A stretch of DNA of 64,000 nt from assembly GCA_028710985.1 (NCBI GenBank), contig JAQTTB010000001.1:457864-521863 (forward strand), written 5' to 3'. Of the stretch, positions 44,910 through 54,225 are shown in pieces. Each line of letters opens with the position of its first letter. The first letter of the stretch is position 1. Under the pieces are notes generated by a model. The model saw only the letters and a program-made list of their open reading frames with translations, did no database searches and was not told the origin of the DNA. The position numbers and the translations under genes are program-made. Source of the stretch: Patescibacteria group bacterium. Lineage in GTDB: Bacteria; Patescibacteriota; Patescibacteriia; JAHJFT01.

Positions 44910-44999
44910 GGAAGGGTGGCAGAGCGGACGATTGCACCGGTCTTGAAAACCGGAGTCCCTTCACGGGGACCGTGAGTTCGAATCTCACCCCTTCCGCCA
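44910..44999 (+). tRNA. tRNA-Ser (anticodon TGA), class II, CCA encoded
   Basis: Acceptor GGAAGGG/CCCTTCC; anticodon arm CCGGT-CTTGAAA-ACCGG; long variable arm; T arm GTGAG-TTCGAAT-CTCAC. Confidence 0.85.
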
Positions 45000-45014
45000 T
45001 TCTGTAGACTATTC

Positions 45015-45110
45015 GGAGAGGTGGCCGAGAGGCTGAAGGCGGCGGTTTGCTAAACCGTTATACGTGGTTTTTGCCGCGTATCGAGGGTTCGAATCCCTCC
45101 CTCTCCGCCA
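45015..45110 (+). tRNA. tRNA-Ser (anticodon GCT), class II, CCA encoded
   Basis: Acceptor GGAGAGG/CCTCTCC; anticodon loop TTGCTAA; long variable arm; T arm GAGGG-TTCGAAT-CCCTC. Confidence 0.85.
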
Positions 45111-45136
45111 ATTTATAAAATTCAAATCCAGACAAT

Positions 45137-45610
45137 ATGCCGGAAATTACTAAAATCACCCACGAAGTGCCGGAATTTATCAAACACGAAAGATCGCTTC
45201 TTTGGTATATTGTTGCATTTCTGATTGCCGGCGGGCTGGTCACTTATGCTATTCTCAGCGGGAACTTTTTATTCGCCGTTATTGTTGTTCTCATCGGCGT
45301 GATTATTGTCTTGACTTCGTTCCGCGAACCGCGTAAGCTGAGTTTCGAGATCGATCCAATGGGAGTGGCTGTCGGAGGCAAGAGATATAAATTTACGGAT
45401 TTTAAGGATTTTTCCATCATTTACAATCCGCCGGAAACCAATACGCTGTATCTAGAATTTCGCATGCCTCTGCGCGAGCGGCTTTCGGTGCAGCTCGGTG
45501 ATATGGATCCGAACGAAGTGCGGGAATATTTAATGAATTTTTTGAAAGAAGATCTGGAACGTGAGCAGGAATCACTGAGTGATATCTTAAGCCGTTTATT
45601 GAAATTTTAA
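45137..45610 (+). CDS. Hypothetical membrane protein (2 TM) between tRNA genes
   Basis: 157-aa ORF. Confidence 0.4.
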   Translation: MPEITKITHEVPEFIKHERSLLWYIVAFLIAGGLVTYAILSGNFLFAVIVVLIGVIIVLTSFREPRKLSFEIDPMGVAVGGKRYKFTDFKDFSIIYNPPETNTLYLEFRMPLRERLSVQLGDMDPNEVREYLMNFLKEDLEREQESLSDILSRLLKF

Positions 45611-45611
45611 T

Positions 45612-45689
45612 GCGCCCGTAGCTCAGCTTGGATAGAGCGCAACCCTGCGGAGGTTGAGGCCAGACGTTCAAATCGTCTCGGGCGCACCA
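45612..45689 (+). tRNA. tRNA-Arg (anticodon GCG), CCA encoded
   Basis: Acceptor GCGCCCG/CGGGCGC; anticodon arm CAACC-CTGCGGA-GGTTG; T arm AGACG-TTCAAAT-CGTCT. Confidence 0.85.
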
Positions 45690-45699
45690 TGATAATTAG

Positions 45700-47760
45700 A
45701 TGTACAGTTTGGATGCACCAATTAAAGAATTGGCGCGCGCTGGAAGAGTAAGGGAGGGGCAGATGGCGCGTTTGGGTATTGAGACCGTTCAGGATCTCAT
45801 TTTTTATTTTCCAAAAAGATACGAAGATCTGTCGCGGTTACAAAAAATCGACGAACTCGCGATTGGCGAAAACGCGACCATTCATGCCCGGCTTGAGCAG
45901 ATAAAAAGTTTTCGCAGTCCGAGAAAACACATGATAATTACTGAGGCCCTGGTCGCCGACGAGACCGGCAAGCTGCGTATCGTTTGGTTTAACCAAGCCC
46001 ATCTTTCCAGGGCCATGAAGCCCGGTTCTTTTTATTATTTTTCTGGCAAGGTTGACGACAAATATCATTTTGAAATGCTGAGTCCGGCTTGGGAGCTCGC
46101 TCATGCCGGCGGGGAGCAGATTCACACGAACCGCATCGTGCCGCTTTACGCGCTCACCGAGGGGGTGACGCAGAAACAGCTCCGCTGGCTCATTAAGCTC
46201 GCCCTGCCGTCGGTTGAGGGTTTGGATGAGTGGTTTCCGGAATACATTACCGAGCGGGAATCGTTTCCTTCAATTCGCGACGCGCTTCGCGTGATACATT
46301 TTCCGGATGATCTGGATTCCGCGGCCGCGGCTTTAAAACGTTTTAAATTTGGCGAACTTTTTTTGCTTCAGCTCTTGGCAGCCAAAAACCGCCAGGGTTT
46401 AAAAGAGCTGCCGGCTCCGCGCATCACGCTCCGGCCCGAAGTATTAAACCGCTCTTTCGAGCGCCTGCCGTTTAAATTAACCAGTGATCAACAGGTCTCG
46501 CTACAGGAGATTCTCCTTGATCTCTCTGGCGAACATCCCATGAACCGCCTTCTTGAGGGGGATGTGGGTTCGGGCAAGACGATTGTTACCGCCCTGGCCG
46601 CCGGACAGGTGGTGGCGAATGGTTATCAGGTTGTTCTCATGGCTCCGACATCAATTCTCGCGCGCCAGCATTATGAAAGTTTGCTTAAATATTTTAAAAC
46701 GAGCGGCATTTCCGTCGGCCTCTTAACGCGCACCGACGCGTCAGTCGGCGGCGAGAGCGTCAAGGCCCGCGAATTCGTGGACGCGCTCTCGGTCGGCAGC
46801 CTCAACTTTGTCATCGGCACGCATGCCATTCTTGAGGAAAAAATAAAATTTAAAAATCTCGGGCTCGCGATAATCGATGAACAGCACCGTTTTGGCGTGC
46901 GCCAGCGCCAGGCGCTTCGCGAGCGCAATCAGGGTGAATACTGGCCTCATCTCCTTTCTCTCACCGCGACGCCGATTCCGCGCTCGCTCGCACTTACTCT
47001 TTACGGCGATCTCAACCTCTCCATCATCCAGACCATGCCGCCGGGCCGCAAGCCGGTGATCACCGACATCGTGAGTGAAACCGGCCGGGCTTCGGCGTAC
47101 GGCTTTATTAAAGAAGAACTCAAACGCGGCCGCCAGGCTTTCGTGGTCTGTCCGCTGATTGAAGAGTCGGACAAGCTCGGCGTCAAGTCCGTAACCGCGG
47201 AATACGAAAAATTAATTCAGGTTTTTCCGGGATTCCGCATCGGCCTGCTTCACGGCAAGCAGAAACTCGCGGACAAAGACGCCATCATGGCGGATTTTAA
47301 ATCCGGCGGCATTCATCTCCTCGTCTCCACTACCGTAATTGAGGTCGGAATCGATATTCCGAACGCCAGCATTATTATCATCGAAGGCGCCGAGCGTTTC
47401 GGCCTGGCCCAGCTCCATCAATTGCGCGGCCGCGTCGGCCGGAGCGGGGAACAGGGTTATTGCATGCTTTTTACGGAAAGCGCGAATCAAAAAACCCTGG
47501 ACCGGCTCAATGTCTTCCGCGGCTCAACTAACGGCTTTGAGCTCGCCGAGGCGGACCTTGAAATCCGCGGCCCGGGCGATATCTACGGCTGGGAGCAGTC
47601 CGGCTTTCCGCGCCTGCGCTTCGCGAGCTTCTCGGACAAGGGCCTGATCAAGAAAGCGCAAAAATACGCCCAGGAAATTCTGGACTCTTCCGGTCTCAAG
47701 AAATTCCCCGCGCTCGCCAAGCGGCTTCAACAGTTTGAGCGCAGCATTCATTTTGAATAA
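45700..47760 (+). CDS. recG: ATP-dependent DNA helicase RecG
   Basis: Wedge/OB N-terminus, GDVGSGKTIVTALAA, DEQHRFGV, QLHQLRGRVGR. Confidence 0.9.
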   Translation: MYSLDAPIKELARAGRVREGQMARLGIETVQDLIFYFPKRYEDLSRLQKIDELAIGENATIHARLEQIKSFRSPRKHMIITEALVADETGKLRIVWFNQAHLSRAMKPGSFYYFSGKVDDKYHFEMLSPAWELAHAGGEQIHTNRIVPLYALTEGVTQKQLRWLIKLALPSVEGLDEWFPEYITERESFPSIRDALRVIHFPDDLDSAAAALKRFKFGELFLLQLLAAKNRQGLKELPAPRITLRPEVLNRSFERLPFKLTSDQQVSLQEILLDLSGEHPMNRLLEGDVGSGKTIVTALAAGQVVANGYQVVLMAPTSILARQHYESLLKYFKTSGISVGLLTRTDASVGGESVKAREFVDALSVGSLNFVIGTHAILEEKIKFKNLGLAIIDEQHRFGVRQRQALRERNQGEYWPHLLSLTATPIPRSLALTLYGDLNLSIIQTMPPGRKPVITDIVSETGRASAYGFIKEELKRGRQAFVVCPLIEESDKLGVKSVTAEYEKLIQVFPGFRIGLLHGKQKLADKDAIMADFKSGGIHLLVSTTVIEVGIDIPNASIIIIEGAERFGLAQLHQLRGRVGRSGEQGYCMLFTESANQKTLDRLNVFRGSTNGFELAEADLEIRGPGDIYGWEQSGFPRLRFASFSDKGLIKKAQKYAQEILDSSGLKKFPALAKRLQQFERSIHFE

Positions 47761-47775
47761 ATTAAAATAAAAAAA

Positions 47776-47798
47776 CGGCGAGTGCGCCGGTTTTTTTT
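47776..47798. terminator. Bidirectional terminator between convergent recG and the minus-strand operon
   Basis: AAAAAA-CGGCG-agtg-CGCCG-G-TTTTTTTT. Confidence 0.6.
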
Positions 47799-47806
47799 AT
47801 TTGTTT

Positions 47807-49276
47807 TTATCGATATAAATCCGGGTTCGCCAGGATTTCGTGCGCGTAAACCGGACAATTTTTTACCCAGCCGGATTTTAGATAGCCGATAAGAGATGAC
47901 TTGACCCTGACCGAACGGGCGGTATGATTATTCACCGTGATTGCCGGCGGGCCCCCGCCCATTTCGATGATCTCCTTGCCGGAAATTCCGGTATAATTTA
48001 TCGCATGTCCACAATTGCCATCCAGCCAGATAAAAGTTCCGGCGCTCAACGAAATTTTTTTATTTTCAAGGTCGTTCGCCATATCCTCGGCGCGAGAATA
48101 ATAATATTTTGCCTTTGACTGGTTAGTCTTATCGGGCAGGGGGTTAATATCAGCAATGCACTTATACAGAGTGCGGGTGAATGTTAAACAATCGCCGCAA
48201 TAAATGCTGCCCAGGCTTTGGGCCCAGCTGCGATAGGCGTCTATATCGCCGTTCCATTCTTCAAAGCCATTCTTCGCTAGTTTTTTATTATAATAATTGT
48301 CCGCCGCCGGTGCGGTGCAGGCGCCGGATTTCATGGTGCCGCCGCCGACATAGACAACTTTTTTTGGCAGCGCCGAGGACCAGGCATCAATAACTTTTTT
48401 TAAATTCGCGGCGTAATTTGCTGGATAGCTCTTGTCTTCCGGACATGCCTTCATCATATCGGCGTAAGAAACAAATCCGCCAGCCGCCGGAATTGCTGCA
48501 ATCGTTGCGTCATAGGACGACGAGTCATCTGCTCCGCCGAAGTATCCTTCGTCAAATGTTATCTCTTCGCGACCGATGATTGCGAGCCTCAGTGAATTAA
48601 AACTCACCAGATCTGGGTTTATTAGATTCAAAAGCGTGTATGAGCCGAGCGCAAGCACTAGCCCCATTGCCGCGCCGATAATAGATTTTTTGGCTTCGCT
48701 GATTTTTCCGGAATCGCCGGCCGCCGTCACCCAGCGGAATCCGCCGTACATGATCATTGTAATCGCAAGAATTGTCGCCACGCCGACCATATATCGATAT
48801 ACAGCGGCAATGTATTCGGCAAGCCAAGGGACGGAGACGAATTTTTGTCCGCCGACGTCGCTCACCATGAGTTTGCTAAATTGGATATTGAAGTCCGGAA
48901 TCTGCAGGGACGGTTCAATCGCCGAAAACGGAACGCCCTGGGTGATGCTTCCGCCAGTGCCGAACGCGCCGCTCGTTCCCGTTACTCCATAGCATTCGTC
49001 GCCCGGTTTTTCGTTCCAGTCAATATAACCGTCATCGCAATGCACCGCTTTCCAGGAAACGCTCGAAGTGGTGCGAGAAGCGCAGTAGATGTCGCATTGA
49101 GTTTTAGTCTCGACGTCTTCACCTGTCGTTTCGTCTTCTTCGGTATGATGTTCGCAGACATTGTTTGACCCAAGGCACCAGCAATGATCGCAGTCTACGG
49201 CTAAAACCGTCGACGGCATGAAAACAAAAATAAGCAGAAATAAAACTGCAGTTATTTTTTTATTCATGCGCATCAT
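47807..49276 (-). CDS. Secreted protein with Cys-rich N-domain, central two-helix hydrophobic (VirB2/TrbC-pilin-like) core and C-terminal papain-like (CHAP/NlpC-P60-like Cys...His) region
   Basis: Signal peptide; CDHCWC...; VGVATILAITMIMYGGFRWVTAAGDSGKISEAKKSIIGAAMGLVLALGSY; later IYCGDC ... GNCGHAINYTG. Confidence 0.45.
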   Translation of the reverse strand: MMRMNKKITAVLFLLIFVFMPSTVLAVDCDHCWCLGSNNVCEHHTEEDETTGEDVETKTQCDIYCASRTTSSVSWKAVHCDDGYIDWNEKPGDECYGVTGTSGAFGTGGSITQGVPFSAIEPSLQIPDFNIQFSKLMVSDVGGQKFVSVPWLAEYIAAVYRYMVGVATILAITMIMYGGFRWVTAAGDSGKISEAKKSIIGAAMGLVLALGSYTLLNLINPDLVSFNSLRLAIIGREEITFDEGYFGGADDSSSYDATIAAIPAAGGFVSYADMMKACPEDKSYPANYAANLKKVIDAWSSALPKKVVYVGGGTMKSGACTAPAADNYYNKKLAKNGFEEWNGDIDAYRSWAQSLGSIYCGDCLTFTRTLYKCIADINPLPDKTNQSKAKYYYSRAEDMANDLENKKISLSAGTFIWLDGNCGHAINYTGISGKEIIEMGGGPPAITVNNHTARSVRVKSSLIGYLKSGWVKNCPVYAHEILANPDLYR

Positions 49277-50494
49277 TTATTTTAGTCTCATCTTATTCAG
49301 ACGGCTGGTTGCCTGGTCAACGTAGAACAGATATTTGCCGTCTGAAGAAAGTGTAATCTGTTTTATGGTTGAAGCGTCTTCCGGCTTGCCCACGGTTGTT
49401 TTGCGGCCCGAGGCAAGGTCGATTTTATAAATCGTATCCGGAATGCCGTTCGCGAGGTCGCGCTGGAGTCCAGCGCCTTCAGGAAGATAGTCCGGCACCG
49501 CGCAGTATGCCGTGGAATTGTCGGCGAAAGTGCATTTATCCGCCCAGGTATTGACTTTCAGGGATTTTCGGTTCGCGCCGATATTCTCTCCGGAAGCGTC
49601 AACGACCCAAAGCACGGGATTATAATTGCTGTCCATATTGTACGCGTTGTACACCATTCGTTCGCCGGTTGGAGACCATTCATAGTCAAACCCCCAGCCT
49701 TCAATCACGAGCCCTGGAAAATTTTCATTATTTTTTCCGACCAGGAGCACCTGCTGGCGGTTGATGCCCATGGCTTCGCCAGTTCGCGAGGTAGCGATGA
49801 TTTGGTTATTTGGCGACCACTTTACCTGTACCTTGTCGCCGTTATTGCCGAGCGGTTCAATGGCTTCGGCGTCGGAGCCGTCCTTATTTGCCACGATGAG
49901 CCAGCGATTTTCCTCATCCAGGCCCATGCTTTTCGCCACGATTTTGTCTCCCTGCGGAGAAAAATCAAAATCCTCCCAGTGCTTGGGCAGGGTGATCTGT
50001 TTCTTGCTCTGAAGATCGTAAAGAATATTTGAGCCGTCCGGATATTCCAGAATCGCGCTCGCGCTGTCGCCGGACCAGTTCACTTTTTCCACATTATAAA
50101 AAGTCTGGGAGGAAAGCGACTGTACCGTGCCGTCGGGGAGCACTTTATTAAGCCGTCCGTTCGTCGGATCGTAGAAATTCATTCCCTGTCCGTCGCCGGA
50201 GAGCGCGGCGCTGGAGACGCTGACTGTTGGTGTGAGATTCTCAACCTGCGTGATTCCGCCGGAAGCAATTGGGGAGGCGGTTGGCAAAACCGGCGTCACT
50301 CCTTCAGTAACTTCGGTAGTCGGAGTTCCGAGGCCGGCTTCAGGAAGCTCGCTGGTCGGCGTCACTTCTTCTACGGTGGTAATTTCCAGAGTTTCGGCTG
50401 GCTTAAAGAAAAAATAATAAACTCCATATCCGGCCGCCGCGGCCGCGGCGATGAAAAGAATTATTATCAATATTTTTTTTAAATCAAATCGCAT
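49277..50494 (-). CDS. TolB-like beta-propeller (PD40-repeat) protein, N-terminal membrane anchor
   Basis: Repeated ...SPDG/SPTG...IVA/MVY... propeller-blade pattern. Confidence 0.5.
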   Translation of the reverse strand: MRFDLKKILIIILFIAAAAAAGYGVYYFFFKPAETLEITTVEEVTPTSELPEAGLGTPTTEVTEGVTPVLPTASPIASGGITQVENLTPTVSVSSAALSGDGQGMNFYDPTNGRLNKVLPDGTVQSLSSQTFYNVEKVNWSGDSASAILEYPDGSNILYDLQSKKQITLPKHWEDFDFSPQGDKIVAKSMGLDEENRWLIVANKDGSDAEAIEPLGNNGDKVQVKWSPNNQIIATSRTGEAMGINRQQVLLVGKNNENFPGLVIEGWGFDYEWSPTGERMVYNAYNMDSNYNPVLWVVDASGENIGANRKSLKVNTWADKCTFADNSTAYCAVPDYLPEGAGLQRDLANGIPDTIYKIDLASGRKTTVGKPEDASTIKQITLSSDGKYLFYVDQATSRLNKMRLK

Positions 50495-50529
50495 AATTTC
50501 TAAAAATAATTTTTTATTCCGGCGCTCCG

Positions 50530-51585
50530 TTAGCCGCCGAAGGCGCTTTTGATCGGATCAACGATGTCCGGACCCAAAAGCTTTACCAGGTCGCTGATCA
50601 TTGCGACCGCGTCGCCCGGAGCGGCGATTGCGAAAATAATAAATCCGATTATCGTGAGCGGCAGGCCCCATTGGATAAACCAGTTTATAAACAAATTGCC
50701 GATCACCGCGAAAAGAATCAGCACTTCGGGAAACGAAAGAGGAGTGACCTGATAGCCAAAAAATTTTGTTTTCTTGTTTGAAACGATGCCGCTCGGATCG
50801 CCGTTGCCGATAATATTCCCGAGAATATAATCTTTGATATATGAAAGCAGGGTATAAAAAATTCCGATAATCGCCCCGGCGGCACCGCCGCGCAGCAAGT
50901 CTTTAAATTTTTTGGCGGTATCCAGAGCGCGCTTGGCCTGCGCCATCGCGACATCCGCTTTTTCCGGAGTGACGGCCTTGGCAAGCGCTGATTGCATGCG
51001 TCCGGCGGCAAATTTCTGAACCCTTCCCATTACATCGCCGCCCGCGCCGCCGCCACCAATTTTGCCAAGCTCTCCGCCCAGCCCGCCGATTGCTTTTTCG
51101 GTTTGCTGGAGCGTGCTGCCAAGAGAGGAGAGCTGCCCGCCGCCCTTTTTGGCCACTCGTCCGCCGGCCGCGGCTGCTTTGCCTCCGGCCTGCGCCGCGA
51201 TTCCGGCGCCTTCGGCCGCGGCTCCGCCGCCGACCATAAGTCCGCCGGCCGCCATCATGGGCACGCCCGCTAATGCGCCGAGCCCGGTTGAGCTGGCAGC
51301 GGCGCCGGCCCTCGCGATTCCCATGCCCGTGGTGCGCGCCGCTTCTCCGCCGGCTTGCAATGCCTTGCCGCCGGCCTGGGCCGCCTGGCCGCCAACCTCG
51401 GCCGCGGTTCCAGCCGCTTGGATGCCTTTTCCGGCAACTTTTGCTCCGCCAGCCGCGACTTTGGCGACTCGTTCGGCTTTTTGAATTTTTTCCGCCGGGC
51501 TTTCCTGCCTCATTCTTGCCCGGCTGCGCGCCGCGGCAAACTGCATTGCCATTTCCTCTTGTTCCGGCGTTAATTCCTCCGCCAT
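50530..51585 (-). CDS. Gly/Ala-rich repetitive protein with C-terminal multi-TM region
   Basis: AGGKA/AQAGG-type repeats through the first ~230 aa, then a hydrophobic C-terminus; GC-rich repetitive DNA. Confidence 0.4.
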   Translation of the reverse strand: MAEELTPEQEEMAMQFAAARSRARMRQESPAEKIQKAERVAKVAAGGAKVAGKGIQAAGTAAEVGGQAAQAGGKALQAGGEAARTTGMGIARAGAAASSTGLGALAGVPMMAAGGLMVGGGAAAEGAGIAAQAGGKAAAAGGRVAKKGGGQLSSLGSTLQQTEKAIGGLGGELGKIGGGGAGGDVMGRVQKFAAGRMQSALAKAVTPEKADVAMAQAKRALDTAKKFKDLLRGGAAGAIIGIFYTLLSYIKDYILGNIIGNGDPSGIVSNKKTKFFGYQVTPLSFPEVLILFAVIGNLFINWFIQWGLPLTIIGFIIFAIAAPGDAVAMISDLVKLLGPDIVDPIKSAFGG

Positions 51586-51594
51586 ATTATTGGA

Positions 51595-54162
51595 TTAATC
51601 GCTTATGCTTGCGGAAAAACTGAACTTTCCCCGCGATAAGCTGACTTTAACCGTATCTCCTTTGTTTATTTTACCATTTAAAACCATTTCGGACAAAGGA
51701 TTTTCCACCAAGTTTAGCAGAGTTTTCCGGACGGCGCGCGCGCCCTGCCTACCGGCAGGCAGGCCGTCGCCGGCGTCAATGCAGCGGTCCGCGAGCGCCG
51801 GCACGATATTGAAGTTAAATTTAATACGCACGCCGCGGCTTTCCGCGCCAACGGCGATTTGATTAAGTTCTTTCTTTATGATGCTTTCAAGCGCCGTTCG
51901 ATCCAGGGAATTAAAGTAAATAATTGCGTCGAGCCGGTTTAGCAGTTCGGGCCGGATGCAGTCCTTGAGCCGGGCGTCCAAATCCTTTTTCAGATCGTCG
52001 AATTTCATCATTTCCCCATCTGGCCCGCTAAAGCCGATGCGGCCGGTTCCGGCGTCATAGCCAGCGTTTGAAGTAAGGATGATGACAGTATTTTTGAAAT
52101 TGATTTTCCGGCCGCTCGCATCGGTAATTTCGCCTCGGTCAAGAATCTGGAGCAGGAGAGCCTGCACATCGGCGTGGGCTTTATCAAATTCGTCAAAAAG
52201 AACCACGGCATAGGGTTTTTTCCTGACCTCGTCGGTGAATTTATTCCTTTCCTTGTATCCGATATAGCCGGCCGGCGAGCCCAGGAGCTTGGATGCCGAA
52301 TAGGATTCTTTGTATTCTGACATATTAATAAGCACGAGCGCGTCTTCGCGCGGATATATTTTTGCCGCGAGCGTGCGCGCGAGCTCGGTCTTGCCCACGC
52401 CGGTCGGTCCGACAAATAGAAAAGAGGCGAGTGGCCGCGTCGGATCCGAAAATCCGGCCTTGGCGCGGGAAAGCGCGGCGACAAGCTCGTCAATCGCCCG
52501 GTCCTGGCCGATGATGGTCTGGCTAAGCGCGTTTTTTAATTCAAAAAACTTCTGATCGCCGCTCGTGAGTTCCTGAGCCGGAATGCCAAGCTGCCGGGAT
52601 ATTACTTCCATAATGTGGCGGTCGGTGAGCTTGCCGTAGGATAGATTATTGCCTTCAGCCTCCTGCCGCGCGGTAATTACCGCGCGTTCAAGTTCTTTTT
52701 CTTTTGTCTTGAGGTCAATCGCTTCGGAATAGCGCTCGTCCAAAACCGCCCGCTGTTTAAGTTCGCGGACTTTATTAAATTCGTTTTCCAGCGCGCGGAT
52801 GCGGACAAGCCGCGGGTCAGCCGGCTGGGAAATTTTTATTCCGGACGCCGCTTCGTCAACGAGATCAATCGCTTTATCCGGCAAAAATTTATCGGAGAGA
52901 TAGCGCGTTGAAAGTTCAACTGCCGCGCGGATTGCTTGGTTGCTGATTTTAATTCGGTGAAATTTTTCATAATTCGGTCGGATTCCTTCAAGGATGTGCA
53001 CGGTCTCTTCCTTGCTCGGTTCGCGCACCACGATAGTTTGAAAACGTCGTTCAAGCGCCGGGTCGGATTCAATATGTTTTTTATATTCATCCAGTGTGGT
53101 CGCGCCGATGCACCGCAGTTCGCCGCGCGCGAGGGCCGGTTTCAGAATATTGGCCGCGTCAAGCGAGCCGGCGGTTGAGCCCGCGCCGATGATATTGTGC
53201 ACCTCGTCAATAAAAACAATCAGATTCTTATCGTTGCGGATTTCCTCAATAATCTGTTTGAGTCGCGATTCAAATTCGCCGCGGTACATGGTGCCGGCGA
53301 CGATGAGCGAAAGATCCAGGGCCAGAATTTTTTTGTCGGCAAGTTCGTCCGGCACTTCACCGAGCGTGATTCGTTTCGCGAGTCCCTCAACAATCGCGGT
53401 CTTGCCCACGCCCGGCTCGCCGATCAAAAGAGGATTATTCTTGTGTCTCCGGCAGAGAATCTGCATCAGCCGGACAATCTCATCCTGGCGTCCGATTAGG
53501 GGATCGATTTTTTTCTGCATTTCCGGAGATGTGAGATCAATGGAAAAAAAATCAAGCGCCGGAGTTTTTGATTTATCGGTTTGCCGGTAGGCAGAGTGCG
53601 CGTCCAGTCCGAGTTCTTCATCCACGACTTCCGCGTCAATCGGTTCGGCGGGCAATGCGCCGATGCCCGGCGCTTCGCCGCGGTCCGCAATTTCGGTAAA
53701 GCGGGACGCCATTTTCAGAATATTCTCAATCTGGTTTTTCAGTTTCGCAAGATCGACATGCTGCGCTTTGAGTTCGCGGATTATTGCCGCATCCCGGATC
53801 TCCATGAGACCGAAAAGAAGATGCTCGGTGCCCACGTACTTGTGCGAGAAAAGATTTGCCGCCAGCACCGCTTTTTCAATCGCTCGTTTTGCGTCCGGCG
53901 AAAGAGTCGGCGTGGGATTTTTTATTTTGGTTGCCGTGTCGCCCGGATTTTCGGAAGAAATATTTTTCCGTTGTCCGGCCGAGGGCCTGAAGTTCGTTTT
54001 GTTGATGATTTCATGAGCGATTGATCCGCGCTGTCCGGCAAGCGCGTTCATGAGCCCGAGCGGTTCAATATTTTTTTGATAATTCAAAATCGCGGCCTCC
54101 ATCGCTCGCGCGAGAACCTGTTTCAAATTTGTAGAAAATTTATCCAAGATGTCAATTTCCAT
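51595..54162 (-). CDS. Clp/Hsp100-family ATPase, ClpC-like (two Clp_N repeats, two AAA+ modules, short UVR-like middle region)
   Basis: LIGEPGVGKTAIVEGLA (Walker A1), LIVFIDEVH, FLFVGPTGVGKTELARTLA (Walker A2); about 330 aa between the two Walker A motifs; C-terminus carries the palindrome insert (GLPAGRQGARA). Confidence 0.85.
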   Translation of the reverse strand: MEIDILDKFSTNLKQVLARAMEAAILNYQKNIEPLGLMNALAGQRGSIAHEIINKTNFRPSAGQRKNISSENPGDTATKIKNPTPTLSPDAKRAIEKAVLAANLFSHKYVGTEHLLFGLMEIRDAAIIRELKAQHVDLAKLKNQIENILKMASRFTEIADRGEAPGIGALPAEPIDAEVVDEELGLDAHSAYRQTDKSKTPALDFFSIDLTSPEMQKKIDPLIGRQDEIVRLMQILCRRHKNNPLLIGEPGVGKTAIVEGLAKRITLGEVPDELADKKILALDLSLIVAGTMYRGEFESRLKQIIEEIRNDKNLIVFIDEVHNIIGAGSTAGSLDAANILKPALARGELRCIGATTLDEYKKHIESDPALERRFQTIVVREPSKEETVHILEGIRPNYEKFHRIKISNQAIRAAVELSTRYLSDKFLPDKAIDLVDEAASGIKISQPADPRLVRIRALENEFNKVRELKQRAVLDERYSEAIDLKTKEKELERAVITARQEAEGNNLSYGKLTDRHIMEVISRQLGIPAQELTSGDQKFFELKNALSQTIIGQDRAIDELVAALSRAKAGFSDPTRPLASFLFVGPTGVGKTELARTLAAKIYPREDALVLINMSEYKESYSASKLLGSPAGYIGYKERNKFTDEVRKKPYAVVLFDEFDKAHADVQALLLQILDRGEITDASGRKINFKNTVIILTSNAGYDAGTGRIGFSGPDGEMMKFDDLKKDLDARLKDCIRPELLNRLDAIIYFNSLDRTALESIIKKELNQIAVGAESRGVRIKFNFNIVPALADRCIDAGDGLPAGRQGARAVRKTLLNLVENPLSEMVLNGKINKGDTVKVSLSRGKFSFSASISD
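51744..51763. repeat. Palindrome-family copy 4, CCTGCCTACCGGCAGGCAGG on + (CCTGCCTGCCGGTAGGCAGG in gene sense), in-frame inside the clpC-like CDS
   Basis: Read directly. Confidence 0.9.
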
Positions 54163-54180
54163 ATTCGGCTGGAGATATAA

Positions 54181-54208
54181 TAAGGGTAGAAGAATTCTCC
54201 TACCCTTA
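54181..54208. terminator. Hairpin TAAGGGTAG-N10-CTACCCTTA between lemA (upstream on the minus strand) and the clpC-like start
   Basis: Read directly; loop contains GAATTC. Confidence 0.4.
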
Positions 54209-54225
54209 TTGTTGGTTTTGAAATG

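Noticed and set aside
51062-51623. + strand Ala/Pro-rich ORFs opposite the Gly/Ala-rich gene
   Set aside because: They are antisense shadows of repetitive GC-rich DNA. The minus frame has a coherent TM C-terminus and operon context. The call remains uncertain and is flagged in the findings.
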